Of a DNA stretch of 64,000 nt, positions 20,185-29,845 are shown in pieces (position 1 is the first letter of the stretch; the number at the start of each line of letters is the position of its first letter). The notes beneath the pieces were generated by a model. The model made no database searches and had not been told where the DNA came from. It saw only the letters and a program-made list of their open reading frames with translations. Made by a program: the position numbers and the translations under genes. This stretch comes from Patescibacteria group bacterium (lineage in GTDB: Bacteria; Patescibacteriota; Patescibacteriia; UBA1558; GWA2-36-10), in contig JAHJQF010000001.1 in the NCBI GenBank assembly GCA_018819405.1, positions 907,377-971,376 on the forward strand, in the 5' to 3' direction.

Positions 20185-20755
20185 TTTCTTGGATAATTTG
20201 CTTTAGCTTGTTTAGAGCCCGATGTAGTGTCACCCTGATATTATTTTTGTCTTTCTGCATTACATCAGATATATCATCAATGGAAAGATCTTCTATATAT
20301 CTTAATATCAAGACTTCTTGATATTCAGGTTTTAGCTTGCGAATCTCTTGGAGTAGGACAGCAGCATCAATGGATTTGTCAACTTCAGTGGTGATACTTT
20401 TGCTCATATCAGCTAATTCACTAATATATTCTAGGGGTAATTCTTGACTATTAGATGCTCTATAATGATCAACTACTGAATTACGAGCTATTCTGAATAT
20501 AAAGGCCTGAAAACTTTTGATATTTTTTTTATCTACCAAATGTTGCCAGACTTTAAGGAAAACCTCTTGAGTCAAATCTTCAGCCAACTGTCTATTAGTT
20601 ACCTTTATATAGATAAATCTATATATGTTTTTTACGTATTTATCGTAAAAAAAACCGAAAGCCTCTGAGTCACCAGATTTGAGCCTTAAAAAAGCTATTT
20701 TTTCTTGTAAACTACTACGTAATGTCTTCATAGATATAGACGCAAAAATAGCCAA
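20171..20755 (-). CDS. ECF-type sigma-70 family RNA polymerase sigma factor
   Basis: Region 2 (YRFIYIKVTNRQLAEDLTQEVFLKVW) and region 4 (LILRYIEDLSIDDISDVM...VTLHRALNKL). Confidence 0.8.
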   Translation of the reverse strand: MAIFASISMKTLRSSLQEKIAFLRLKSGDSEAFGFFYDKYVKNIYRFIYIKVTNRQLAEDLTQEVFLKVWQHLVDKKNIKSFQAFIFRIARNSVVDHYRASNSQELPLEYISELADMSKSITTEVDKSIDAAVLLQEIRKLKPEYQEVLILRYIEDLSIDDISDVMQKDKNNIRVTLHRALNKLKQIIQEKNNR

Positions 20756-21010
20756 AATATTACACCAAGCCGAGGCTTGATAATTTTGGATTTTGCTAGC
20801 TTTATTTATTGGCTAATATTAGCAAAAATAAGCTGTAACTTAATAATTATCGCGCTTGATTTTACTTGAGCTTTAGTAAAAATTTAGATCAAATCCCACC
20901 GATTATAACACTTTTTATACCTACTGTAAAGGTATAAAATCAATATATTCAGGCTTTTTCTGATAAAATCATTGACTCTAGATTTTAGTAACTTTTTACT
21001 CTAAAAATAG

Positions 21011-21019
21011 TTATCCACA
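21011..21019 (+). promoter_or_regulatory. perfect DnaA box TTATCCACA
   Basis: Direct read. Confidence 0.6.
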
Positions 21020-21095
21020 CCTAGTAAAATTGTCTTTCTCCTTACAAGACTACCGACTTATTTATAGTTTTATTTACAGTTTAGATAATCCAAAC

Positions 21096-21104
21096 TTATC
21101 CACA
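21096..21104 (+). promoter_or_regulatory. perfect DnaA box TTATCCACA (second copy)
   Basis: Direct read. Confidence 0.6.
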
Positions 21105-21144
21105 TTTTTGATAAAAGGTGTAGAATAGTGTATACTTAAATTGT

Positions 21145-21162
21145 ATTAATAAGCTTATTAAT
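21145..21162. promoter_or_regulatory. perfect 18-bp palindrome ATTAATAAGCTTATTAAT 12 bp upstream of the HTH gene start (candidate operator)
   Basis: Direct read. Confidence 0.5.
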
Positions 21163-21173
21163 AAGCTAAAGAT

Positions 21174-21485
21174 ATGGAAAATATAATTCGTATATCTGTA
21201 TCTGTGGCCGCCCGACTCTTTGGGGTTTCCTCCAAAACCATCCGACAAACTATCAAAAATGAAGAGCTTCGCTACATTGTAGTCAATGGTCGCTACAAGC
21301 TTAATTTTATTTCTCTGGTAGAATGGTCTCAAAAATCTACCAGACGCAAAAACCAACTAGCCAAAGAAGGTATTGGTCAATATATAGATAAATGGAAAAT
21401 GTCCAATAAAAAATTTAGCCCCAATCCTAAACTGGCTCTGACTAAACAAAATAAAAAAGATAAGCCCGAAAAACTATCGCCCTAG
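21174..21485 (+). CDS. small HTH DNA-binding protein (excisionase/MerR-like HTH_17)
   Basis: ISVSVAARLFGVSSKTIRQ helix-turn-helix. Chosen over the overlapping antisense ORF 21096..21356. Confidence 0.35.
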   Translation: MENIIRISVSVAARLFGVSSKTIRQTIKNEELRYIVVNGRYKLNFISLVEWSQKSTRRKNQLAKEGIGQYIDKWKMSNKKFSPNPKLALTKQNKKDKPEKLSP

Positions 21486-21512
21486 TACAATTTTTTTGAT
21501 ATAATATTATTT

Positions 21513-22364
21513 ATGGAATGGTTTATATATTCAATTAGCTCAATGCTGCTATTTAGCGGTATGACAGGGCTTTACAAACTCCCTACGTATAAAAATCAAA
21601 GCCGACTAGCTACTACATTTTGGATGATGGGCTTTATTTTTTTATGGGCTATTATGATATTCAATAAATTAGCCTTTAGCGTAAACCCAGAAATTTTATT
21701 TTTTGCTCTACTCTGGGGCTGTAGCTTTGCCACCCTTACTGCAATTCAGATATATCTTTTGTCTCGAATAGAAATAAACACCCTTTTTCCTATAAACACT
21801 ATCCTCAGTATGATTTTTGTAGTTGCCTTTGGACTTTTGGTCTTTGCAGAAAAAATTTCTATACTACAGGGTCTAGGCATTAGTATTGCCATAGTCACTC
21901 TGTATTTTTTCCTATTTAGCAGTAGAGGAGCAAAATATTCCCGAGGAACTCTAAAATTTGGTCTAGTGATGATTTTTCTATCAGTATTTTCCAAGGTAGT
22001 CCAAAAAATTGCCGTAGACCATGTCATTGATATAAAAATTTTGATAATATACCAATTTTTATTTGCCAGTTTATTCTTATTGCTAGCCAATATAATGTAC
22101 CACCGAAAATCTTGGGCAAAAAAAATATTTTCTAGGTCATACAAATCAGGGTTAATGATATCAATACCGGCCTTTTTTGGAAATTGGGCTATTATGCATG
22201 CCTTAGCAAAAGGCCCCTTCACACTAGTATATTCTATACATTCTTTTTATATATTTGGTGGATCAATTATTGGCTATTTCTTTTTTAAAGAAAAACTCAC
22301 CAAATACAAAATAAGTTTATTATTTCTGGCTATTTTAGCAATTATATTTATTAGAATTGGCTAA
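21513..22364 (+). CDS. EamA/DMT-like polytopic membrane transporter
   Basis: 283 aa, about 10 TM helices. Confidence 0.45.
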   Translation: MEWFIYSISSMLLFSGMTGLYKLPTYKNQSRLATTFWMMGFIFLWAIMIFNKLAFSVNPEILFFALLWGCSFATLTAIQIYLLSRIEINTLFPINTILSMIFVVAFGLLVFAEKISILQGLGISIAIVTLYFFLFSSRGAKYSRGTLKFGLVMIFLSVFSKVVQKIAVDHVIDIKILIIYQFLFASLFLLLANIMYHRKSWAKKIFSRSYKSGLMISIPAFFGNWAIMHALAKGPFTLVYSIHSFYIFGGSIIGYFFFKEKLTKYKISLLFLAILAIIFIRIG

Positions 22365-22370
22365 ACAAAA

Positions 22371-22410
22371 AACAACCCGACGTATAACCCGTCGGGTTGT
22401 TTTTTTTATT
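22371..22410. terminator. bidirectional intrinsic terminator (AACAACCCGACG...CGTCGGGTTGTTTTTTTTATT)
   Basis: Stem plus T-run between convergent genes. Confidence 0.8.
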
Positions 22411-23494
22411 ATAAACTAAGATTAATATCTATTTCTTGATTATCCCGCAATACTTTAATTATCACCTGATCCCCAGGGCGATAATTTTGTAATATAGAAG
22501 TCAGGCTCCTGGTACTTGTAATAATATCATTATTGACGGCTACTAGCTGATCATTTACTTTTAGACCGGCTTTTTGACCTGGTAGATTATAGGTCAAGGC
22601 AGTTTGCCCAGGATTATATATCAAAACCCCTTTTCTATTAAAACCGCTGTTGTTTTCCATATCCAAATAGCTAATACCCGCTATCACTCTTTCTGTACCA
22701 TTTAGCAAATTTTTGATAGCCTGTTTTAGATATTCGGCTGGAATAAGCAAAGAATCTTCACCTATTTTATATACCAAGCCCAAAAGCTCTCCATTCATAT
22801 TAAAATAAGGTGCCCCCATACTAGCTTTTGAATCAGCTATTTTTAGATAATAATCTATTGAGTCAGTAGACAAGTATTTATTTAAAATAAAATGATTACT
22901 ACTTAAAGTACTGACATAAAAAGCGTGATCAATACTAGTTGGTATATCTATATTACTAAAAAGTGTTTCCCCTACCTTGGCGTCATCTGTAAACTGAAAA
23001 TTGACCGGACTAAGCAGATTGCCATCAATCTTTATAAAAACGACTCCCGAAAATTTATCTTCTTTTAGATCAACAATATCGTAAATCCTATCTCCTAAGA
23101 CCACTTTAGCTTGGCTGTTTTTGACTACTTGGTTGGTAGTCATCAACCAGCCGTCAGAAGTCACCACTATCGCTGAACCCAAAAAATCAGCTTGGGAAAA
23201 AACCGGCTCACCAACAGCGGCAATTGGCTGGACTGCCTTATACACTCCAGCTACGTTGGCTGATTGTTTTTTGGCAAAATTGGTCAACGGTTGCTCCAAA
23301 TTGATTTTTATATCAGTTGGCGTATTTGATGAATTAAAATAATTGACAGAATTTGCTGGTAAAAAATAATTGGCCACCAAATAACCACCAAAACCAGCTA
23401 TTAATCCCACAAAAACTGCCCAAAAAGTCAGATTAAATAAAGATGGCGGACGATTGGTAGTAGGCCTTTCAAAATGCTTTGTTTTCTCTTCCAT
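22409..23494 (-). CDS. HtrA/DegP-like trypsin-fold + PDZ protein, membrane-anchored, catalytic residues apparently substituted
   Basis: N-terminal TM. Core aligns by eye to HtrA. TNQVV aligns to TNNHV (His to Gln). DIVDLK carries the Asp. ASMGAPYF aligns to GNSGGPL (Ser to Met). C-terminal PDZ domain. Confidence 0.45.
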   Translation of the reverse strand: MEEKTKHFERPTTNRPPSLFNLTFWAVFVGLIAGFGGYLVANYFLPANSVNYFNSSNTPTDIKINLEQPLTNFAKKQSANVAGVYKAVQPIAAVGEPVFSQADFLGSAIVVTSDGWLMTTNQVVKNSQAKVVLGDRIYDIVDLKEDKFSGVVFIKIDGNLLSPVNFQFTDDAKVGETLFSNIDIPTSIDHAFYVSTLSSNHFILNKYLSTDSIDYYLKIADSKASMGAPYFNMNGELLGLVYKIGEDSLLIPAEYLKQAIKNLLNGTERVIAGISYLDMENNSGFNRKGVLIYNPGQTALTYNLPGQKAGLKVNDQLVAVNNDIITSTRSLTSILQNYRPGDQVIIKVLRDNQEIDINLSL

Positions 23495-23501
23495 ACTTAA
23501 A

Positions 23502-24224
23502 TTATCTTAGCGAAGTAATTAATAAAAGTGTCACTGACAGCATAAATAAGCCCAAATATAGCTTAAAATACTTCAATTGATTGGCTGTGTTATCTATTAT
23601 AAAGAAAAACCACAAAGTTGCAATAGTGCCGGTCACATAAAAACTAAGTGGGGCAAAATATAAAGCAAAGCTCAGCTGAGCTGACAAAAAGGCAGCAAAA
23701 AAAGCATAATACCAATTAAAATCTTCTCTGGTCCTTATAATCTCCAGAGACCAAAAAAATGACGCCAAAAATACAACTACCAAAGCATAAAGAGCTGGAA
23801 AATTTACAAAAATTATCAGCGAATAAAGACTGGCGGACAAAAACCAGAAAGATAAATAATAGAAAAATTTGTTGACAGCTAAATACTCCCTACTTTGTAT
23901 ATCTTTTATATCTCTAAAATATTTTTTTAAAATATGCCACACCAGAAGCCAGGCCGCAGATAAGATAAAAGATAAAACATAACGTAAAGCATCTGAATCT
24001 AAAATAATTAAAAACAAAAACTGAGAAATATAAGCCACCAGTAGATTTAGCCACAACAATTTAAAATTAAAAAATCTAGACCTAGCCAATATACGTCCGA
24101 CAAATAATATAGACAAACATGAAATCGCAACAAACCACCAAATACCATCTTGATTTTTAAAAAACAACCAAAAAGTAAATAAGATTACTAGCGGACTAAA
24201 AAATGGTGCTAAATATCTAAACAT
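23502..24224 (-). CDS. hypothetical polytopic membrane protein
   Basis: 240 aa, hydrophobic. Confidence 0.4.
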   Translation of the reverse strand: MFRYLAPFFSPLVILFTFWLFFKNQDGIWWFVAISCLSILFVGRILARSRFFNFKLLWLNLLVAYISQFLFLIILDSDALRYVLSFILSAAWLLVWHILKKYFRDIKDIQSREYLAVNKFFYYLSFWFLSASLYSLIIFVNFPALYALVVVFLASFFWSLEIIRTREDFNWYYAFFAAFLSAQLSFALYFAPLSFYVTGTIATLWFFFIIDNTANQLKYFKLYLGLFMLSVTLLLITSLR

Positions 24225-24651
24225 TTGATAAAATATTTCTTAGATTTTCTATTTCTACTGACAACTGTGGCAAAGCAGTTGATATCTCCAATAAATTTTC
24301 TTGCGCCAAAGTCTTCATCTGCACCTGATTAGTCAAAAGATAATTCTCCCAAGCGTCTATAGCCAAAAATAATTTGATATGCACCTGACCGATATCTTTG
24401 TTGTTTGAGCGAAAATCCAAAAGATCCTGCTTGGTCTGAGAAATATTCTCCAAAGATGGATCTTGCGATATTCTGGTCAACCACGGTCTGATATGCTCTG
24501 CATAATCCTCAACTGAAACCAAAGGCGGCAAATTTTCTATTTTATTGTTAAAAACTTGTCCACTTTCGTGCGTAACTAAAACAATAATCAGCCCAGCGGC
24601 CATAAAAAATAAAAATAATATAAAAACTTTTTTTGTTTTTGAAAATTTCAT
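24217..24651 (-). CDS. hypothetical protein with N-terminal TM
   Basis: 144 aa. Confidence 0.4.
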   Translation of the reverse strand: MKFSKTKKVFILFLFFMAAGLIIVLVTHESGQVFNNKIENLPPLVSVEDYAEHIRPWLTRISQDPSLENISQTKQDLLDFRSNNKDIGQVHIKLFLAIDAWENYLLTNQVQMKTLAQENLLEISTALPQLSVEIENLRNILSNV

Positions 24652-24684
24652 AATTTCGTACCCTTATTATACCTTGTCAGGTTT

Positions 24685-25002
24685 TTAAAATAAAGACTCA
24701 TTATTTAGCTTGTCCCAAGACTCTGATGACTCCTGCCACTGGTATATTTCCAAATGAGAAACAAATTCATCTTCAGAATATACATAATCAACTGTAATAG
24801 CTGAACCCGGTCGGTTGGAATAGCTGGTTTTTTTATCCAACACTTTTGGCCGAGTTACAAATTTGACCATCATTTTTCCGCTTGGACCTGAAAATTCAAT
24901 AACCTCTACTGTACCAGGAGCCAAATCCTCCTGATATTCATTTTCAAAACCAAAAGTTTGTCTTATTTGTATTTTTAACTCCTTCCAACGATCTTTGGTC
25001 AT
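24685..25002 (-). CDS. hypothetical protein
   Basis: 105 aa. Confidence 0.35.
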   Translation of the reverse strand: MTKDRWKELKIQIRQTFGFENEYQEDLAPGTVEVIEFSGPSGKMMVKFVTRPKVLDKKTSYSNRPGSAITVDYVYSEDEFVSHLEIYQWQESSESWDKLNNESLF

Positions 25003-25145
25003 ATATTTACCCCGTTAAATAATATTAAGCCATTAGCTTAATATTAAATTTAAATTAAACAAATATTTTATTAATATAATTTTTATTTTTTATATATAAA
25101 TACATAATAATATAACTAAAATTTAAATTTATTTAACGGGGTGAA
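25003..25145. repeat. about 135-bp AT-rich element bounded by inverted repeats CCCCGTTAAATAA / TTATTTAACGGGG
   Basis: Direct read. Confidence 0.7.
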
Positions 25146-25597
25146 AATTTAATAATATCACCTTTTTTTATTCCTAAAGAATCTATGGTTCCAGCTGGTA
25201 ACTCCATAACCTTGTCTACTTCTAAAACCGGATAATATCTCCTGAGTTCAAAATCATTGGCCACCGCCGGCATATTTTTTTCATAATCTACAATTGTCTG
25301 ATTATCAATCCATAAAAGATCAATATCAAATTTCATGCCTTTCATCCAAAATGCTGGTTTGCTTTTTTCCGGAAAGATAAATAGCATTGCCTGATTGTCG
25401 GCCAAAAAATCACGCCCAGCTAGACCCAATCGGCGACTTTGATTGTCGCTGGCAATCTCCAGATCAAAGGCTTGGCCGGCTATATAAGCTTTGGGCAAAT
25501 TTTCTTCTGACTTATCAGAATCAGACCAATAGTATATACCAACCACAAAAAAGATAAACAAAAACCACAAAATACTAATTTTTTTCATCAGCTCCAT
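25133..25597 (-). CDS. DUF192 domain protein
   Basis: GLAGRDFLADNQAMLFIFPEKSKPAFWMKGMKFDIDLLWID matches DUF192/COG1430. Confidence 0.55.
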   Translation of the reverse strand: MELMKKISILWFLFIFFVVGIYYWSDSDKSEENLPKAYIAGQAFDLEIASDNQSRRLGLAGRDFLADNQAMLFIFPEKSKPAFWMKGMKFDIDLLWIDNQTIVDYEKNMPAVANDFELRRYYPVLEVDKVMELPAGTIDSLGIKKGDIIKFSPR

Positions 25598-26663
25598 TCA
25601 ATTTATAATTTAACCAGCTTGATAATATAAACATAAGAGCCAATATCATAAACAAAGCTCCTATTTTTGCTTTGGTAGTAAAGACAATTGATATCAAACC
25701 AAAACAGAGACTAACTACTATAAAAAATAAAACTACCTGCTTTTGAGAAAATCCAGATCTAAGTAAACGAAAATGTAAATGATCTTGATCACCCTGCCAA
25801 ATTGCTTGTTTTCTTTTTAGCCTTCTAATAATAACCCAAAAGATATCCAAAACTGGCAAACCCATGACTAAAAGTGCAGTAGCAATTTTGCTGCCCGATA
25901 TTATAGATAAAACTCCCAAAGCAAAGCCTATAAAAGTACTACCGCCTTCCCCCAAAAATATTTTGGCTGGATGCCAATTGAAAATCAAAAATCCAAAAAT
26001 AGATCCGCCCAAAGCCAAAGACAATATAGAAGTAGTAGAGCCGACTACATCCCAAGAAAGACTAACAATAAAAATTACTAAACTGGCTATCAGACCAATA
26101 CTTGACGCCAGACCATCTATACCGTCTAAAAGCTTGGTCGTATAAGTAATACCCAAAAGCCAGATAAATGTCAGAACAATAGGTATAAAATCCAAAGGAA
26201 ATATATACTCCAAATATAAAATCCCACCAGCTGGATTGGTAATATAGGCAATTTTTAAGCCAGCCAGCACTATCAATAAACAAGCCAAAATAGGCCCCAA
26301 AATACTAATATAGGGTGGTAGAGACATCTTATCATCCAAAAAGCCTCCTAGAGCCAAAATAAGGCCTGAAATAAGGAAAATCCAGACTAAATTCATGTCC
26401 ATACGAGGATCTAGAAGCTGGCCTTTTTGCCATAAAATCAAAACAGTCAAAACAAAAGCTATATAAACAGCCATACCTCCCAAAAGAGGTATGGGTTTTT
26501 GATGTATCTTTCTTTCCAAATGTGGCCTATCTAAAATATTAAATCTATTGGCTAAAAATATAAACAGTCTGGAAAATATAAAAGATAGCACAAAAGATAA
26601 AAAGAAAACGAAAAAAAATTTTTCAATATTAACTGGCATTATTTTTGGATAAATAAGTATCAA
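25575..26663 (-). CDS. MraY/WecA-family polyprenyl-phosphate N-acetylhexosamine-1-phosphate transferase
   Basis: Ten TM helices. DDKMSLPP and GLDGLASSIGLIASL motifs. Confidence 0.7.
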   Translation of the reverse strand: MILIYPKIMPVNIEKFFFVFFLSFVLSFIFSRLFIFLANRFNILDRPHLERKIHQKPIPLLGGMAVYIAFVLTVLILWQKGQLLDPRMDMNLVWIFLISGLILALGGFLDDKMSLPPYISILGPILACLLIVLAGLKIAYITNPAGGILYLEYIFPLDFIPIVLTFIWLLGITYTTKLLDGIDGLASSIGLIASLVIFIVSLSWDVVGSTTSILSLALGGSIFGFLIFNWHPAKIFLGEGGSTFIGFALGVLSIISGSKIATALLVMGLPVLDIFWVIIRRLKRKQAIWQGDQDHLHFRLLRSGFSQKQVVLFFIVVSLCFGLISIVFTTKAKIGALFMILALMFILSSWLNYKLNGADEKN

Positions 26664-27015
26664 GTATAGCTGTAGCCGAATGCTTATCTATATCTTTTTT
26701 GACTCCCATCCTCTCATATAGCTTGGAAGTCATCTGCTCATCAATTGTTTCCACAGGAATATCCAAATCATTTCTTAAAGTATCAACAAAATTTTGAGTA
26801 ATCTCCAATCTGTCGTTGTGCTGCCCCGACAAGCTATGTGGCAAACCAACTACCACTATATCTATATTTTCTGCCTTGATAATATCTTTTATATTTTGCA
26901 AAATATTTTGGCTATTTTCTAGAATCTTAAAAGGCAAGGCTGGCCCCAGCTCATCAGCAAGCGCCAGACCTAATCTCTTATCTCCATAGTCAATGCCCAA
27001 AAGTCTTTTTTGCAT
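26629..27015 (-). CDS. ruvX: Holliday junction resolvase-like RuvX/YqgF
   Basis: LLGIDYGDKRLGLALAD N-terminal motif. Confidence 0.8.
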   Translation of the reverse strand: MQKRLLGIDYGDKRLGLALADELGPALPFKILENSQNILQNIKDIIKAENIDIVVVGLPHSLSGQHNDRLEITQNFVDTLRNDLDIPVETIDEQMTSKLYERMGVKKDIDKHSATAILDTYLSKNNAS

Positions 27016-27019
27016 TATA

Positions 27020-27766
27020 TCATTCGGTAATAATAATAGGCCCGTCTTTGGTCACAGCTACTGTGTGCTCAAAATGGGCAGTCATAGTTTTATCTTTTGA
27101 TACAACATCCCATCTATTTGGGTGAGTAGTAACCTGACCATCTCCTCCCAATATAATCATTGGTTCAATAGCAATGACCAAACCTGCAAACATTTTTTCT
27201 GTTTTTCTACCAGGATTAAAATTGGGAACTGTCGGGTCTTCATGAATCTCACGACCGACACCATGTCCCGCCAAATCTCGCACTATACCATATCCATATG
27301 GCTTTATAAATTTTTCAATCGCTTTACCAATATCGGAAATATAGCCACCTACCTTTACCTGCTCTATACCAATGTCCAGTGCTTTTTTGGTAGCAAATAA
27401 AAGTCTTTCTGATTCCGGACTGACCCTAGCTACTCCGACAGTCAAAGCTGTATCAGTATATAAATTTCTATATTTCATACCAATATCCAAACCTACCAAA
27501 TCTCCTTCTGCAAAAGGTGTGTCATTTGGAATACCGTGGACTACTGTACTGTTTACAGAAACACACAAAGCAGCCGGAAAACCATGATAATTTTTAAAAG
27601 CCGGAATACCACCGGCTTTGTGGATCAAGTCCTCGGCCAGTTTATTCAAATTTTTGCCAGTCTGACCAACTTTAGTTTCTCTGGCCAACTGTCTTAATAT
27701 ATCTCCTAGTATTTTTCCGCCCTGACGAAGAATTTTTATTTCTTCAGGACTTTTCTGATCCAACAT
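27020..27766 (-). CDS. map: methionine aminopeptidase type I
   Basis: Pita-bread motifs VHGIPNDTPFAEGDLVGLDIG. 248 aa. Confidence 0.9.
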   Translation of the reverse strand: MLDQKSPEEIKILRQGGKILGDILRQLARETKVGQTGKNLNKLAEDLIHKAGGIPAFKNYHGFPAALCVSVNSTVVHGIPNDTPFAEGDLVGLDIGMKYRNLYTDTALTVGVARVSPESERLLFATKKALDIGIEQVKVGGYISDIGKAIEKFIKPYGYGIVRDLAGHGVGREIHEDPTVPNFNPGRKTEKMFAGLVIAIEPMIILGGDGQVTTHPNRWDVVSKDKTMTAHFEHTVAVTKDGPIIITE

Positions 27767-28406
27767 ATTTTTTCAAATAGTTTAATATATCTTGAGATAA
27801 CATTTCAATTGGCTTTTCACCATCAAAAACTTTTAGTTTACCTTGTTTGGAATAATAAGCCAAAAGCTGCTCTGTCTGGTCACGATAAATTGCCAATCTT
27901 TTTTTGACTACATCTTCTTTATCATCTTCTCTTTGAAATAATTCTCCCTGACAAATATCACAAATATCACCTTGACTAGAAGGTTTGTATTCAGTATGAA
28001 ATACATGACCTTCACGGCAAATACGCCTGCCCGAAATACGACGGATTGCTTCATTATCGGATATATCAATACTAAAAACCATATCTACACCACAACTATC
28101 ATCCAGAGCTTTGGCTTGAACCAAATTTCTAGGAAAACCATCCAGCAAAAAACCACGTAAACAACTCGGTGCATTAAGCTGACCTAAAACTAGATTGATG
28201 ACATGTTCATCAGGGACCAGGTCTCCTCTGTCCATAATAACTTCTATTTTTTTGCCCATTTCACTACCCTTTTCTACCACATCACGCAAGACCTGACTAG
28301 TTGAAATAGCTGGAACACCCAAAAAATCAGTAATTACTTTGGTTTGGGTGCTTTTTCCGGAAGCCTGAGGACCCATTAAAACTATTTTTTTTAAGTTCTT
28401 TTCCAT
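27744..28406 (-). CDS. adk: adenylate kinase with zinc lid
   Basis: P-loop GPQASGKSTQ. Cys4 lid CREG...CDIC. Confidence 0.9.
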   Translation of the reverse strand: MEKNLKKIVLMGPQASGKSTQTKVITDFLGVPAISTSQVLRDVVEKGSEMGKKIEVIMDRGDLVPDEHVINLVLGQLNAPSCLRGFLLDGFPRNLVQAKALDDSCGVDMVFSIDISDNEAIRRISGRRICREGHVFHTEYKPSSQGDICDICQGELFQREDDKEDVVKKRLAIYRDQTEQLLAYYSKQGKLKVFDGEKPIEMLSQDILNYLKKYVGSEKS

Positions 28407-28471
28407 ATATTTATTTTACCTTTACCAACCAAAATTATAACAAATAAAGGCTTCTAAAGCAAAGTCCTAAT

Positions 28472-28516
28472 AAAAAAACAACCTTCGAGGTTAATCTAAC
28501 CTCGAAGGTTGTTTTA
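28472..28516. terminator. hairpin terminator after secY (AACCTTCGAGGTT-n5-AACCTCGAAGGTT plus T-run). Same hairpin recurs at 42026-42067
   Basis: Direct read. Confidence 0.7.
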
Positions 28517-28524
28517 TACTATTT

Positions 28525-29802
28525 TTAAAATCCTTCGTAATCTCTCATTACCAATTGAGCATCAATTTGTTTTACTGTCTCAATAACTACAGCGACTGTA
28601 ATCAACAAGCTAGTGCCGCCGATAGACAAAGTGGCAATGCCGGTCAAAGGTCCGACAATCAAAGGAAGTATAGCTATCAGACCCAAAAATATAGCCCCAG
28701 CCAAAACAATCTTCAACATGACAGAGTTTAAATAATCAGAAGTATAACGTCCTGGACGAATGCCCGGTATAAAACCTCCCTGTTTCTGCAAATTTTCTGC
28801 AATCTGAGTTGGTTTGAATATTACTGAAGTATAAAAGAAAGTAAATAATACAACCATTATAAAATAGAACACTCCATAAAAAAGACCATTGGCAAACAAA
28901 TCTTTTATCCATAGAGAAGAGCTGGCTATCCAAGCAACCTGTGATCTCTCAAAAAATTGAGCAACCATTGGCGGAAATATAATAACTGAAATAGCAAAAA
29001 TGATTGGGATGACTCCGGCTTGGTTTACGCGAAGTGGTAAATGAGTATTTACTCCTCCCACATTTCTCTGACCGACCACGTGTCTAGCATAAGACACTGG
29101 GATATTTCTAGTACCTTCAGTAATAATAACAATAGCGGCAATGGTTATCAAAGAGATAATAACAAAAACCAATAAACTTAATACCATGGTATTGTCAAAG
29201 GCAATAAAAGTATTCCTGATGGACTGCGGTAAGCTACTCACAATACCAGCAAAAATAATCAGTGATATGCCATTACCAATATGACGTTCAGTAATAAGCT
29301 CACCTAACCACATCAAAAATATAGTGCCAGCCGTAATAATAATTATAGTAGTTATCAATTGAAAAGCAGTAATATCTGCCAAAAGTCTGCCCTGAGTCTG
29401 GTTGGAAATAAGTCTAATAAATGAATAACCCTGTATAGCAGCCAAAGGTATAGTAAGCATCCTTGTCCATTGGTTTATTTTTTGTGATCCGGCTTCTCCT
29501 TCTTTTTGGATAGCTTCTAATTTTGGTACAATCATAACCAGAAGCTGAAATATAATTGAGGCCGTAATATAAGGACCAACCCCAAGCATAACTACAGAAA
29601 AATTCTGCATGGCACCGCCTGAAAACAAATCAAGCATACCCAAAACCTGATTGCCCTGGAAATACTGCTCCAAATCACTGGCATTAATACCAGGCACAGG
29701 AATATGAGCAGCAATTCTAAAAACAACCAACAGGGCTAAAACATAAAAAATACTGTTTCTGACATCTTTGGCCTTCCAAATTTGTTGTAGTTTAGCTAAC
29801 AT
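28525..29802 (-). CDS. secY: preprotein translocase SecY
   Basis: 425 aa, 10 TM, conserved SecY blocks. Confidence 0.9.
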   Translation of the reverse strand: MLAKLQQIWKAKDVRNSIFYVLALLVVFRIAAHIPVPGINASDLEQYFQGNQVLGMLDLFSGGAMQNFSVVMLGVGPYITASIIFQLLVMIVPKLEAIQKEGEAGSQKINQWTRMLTIPLAAIQGYSFIRLISNQTQGRLLADITAFQLITTIIIITAGTIFLMWLGELITERHIGNGISLIIFAGIVSSLPQSIRNTFIAFDNTMVLSLLVFVIISLITIAAIVIITEGTRNIPVSYARHVVGQRNVGGVNTHLPLRVNQAGVIPIIFAISVIIFPPMVAQFFERSQVAWIASSSLWIKDLFANGLFYGVFYFIMVVLFTFFYTSVIFKPTQIAENLQKQGGFIPGIRPGRYTSDYLNSVMLKIVLAGAIFLGLIAILPLIVGPLTGIATLSIGGTSLLITVAVVIETVKQIDAQLVMRDYEGF

Positions 29803-29807
29803 ATTTT

Positions 29808-29845
29808 TAGTTTAAAGTTTAAAGTTAGAAAGTTTCAAAATTATT
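29808..29845. repeat. AAAGTTT-repeat element between L15 and secY
   Basis: tagtttaaagtttaaagttagaaagtttcaaaatt. Confidence 0.6.
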
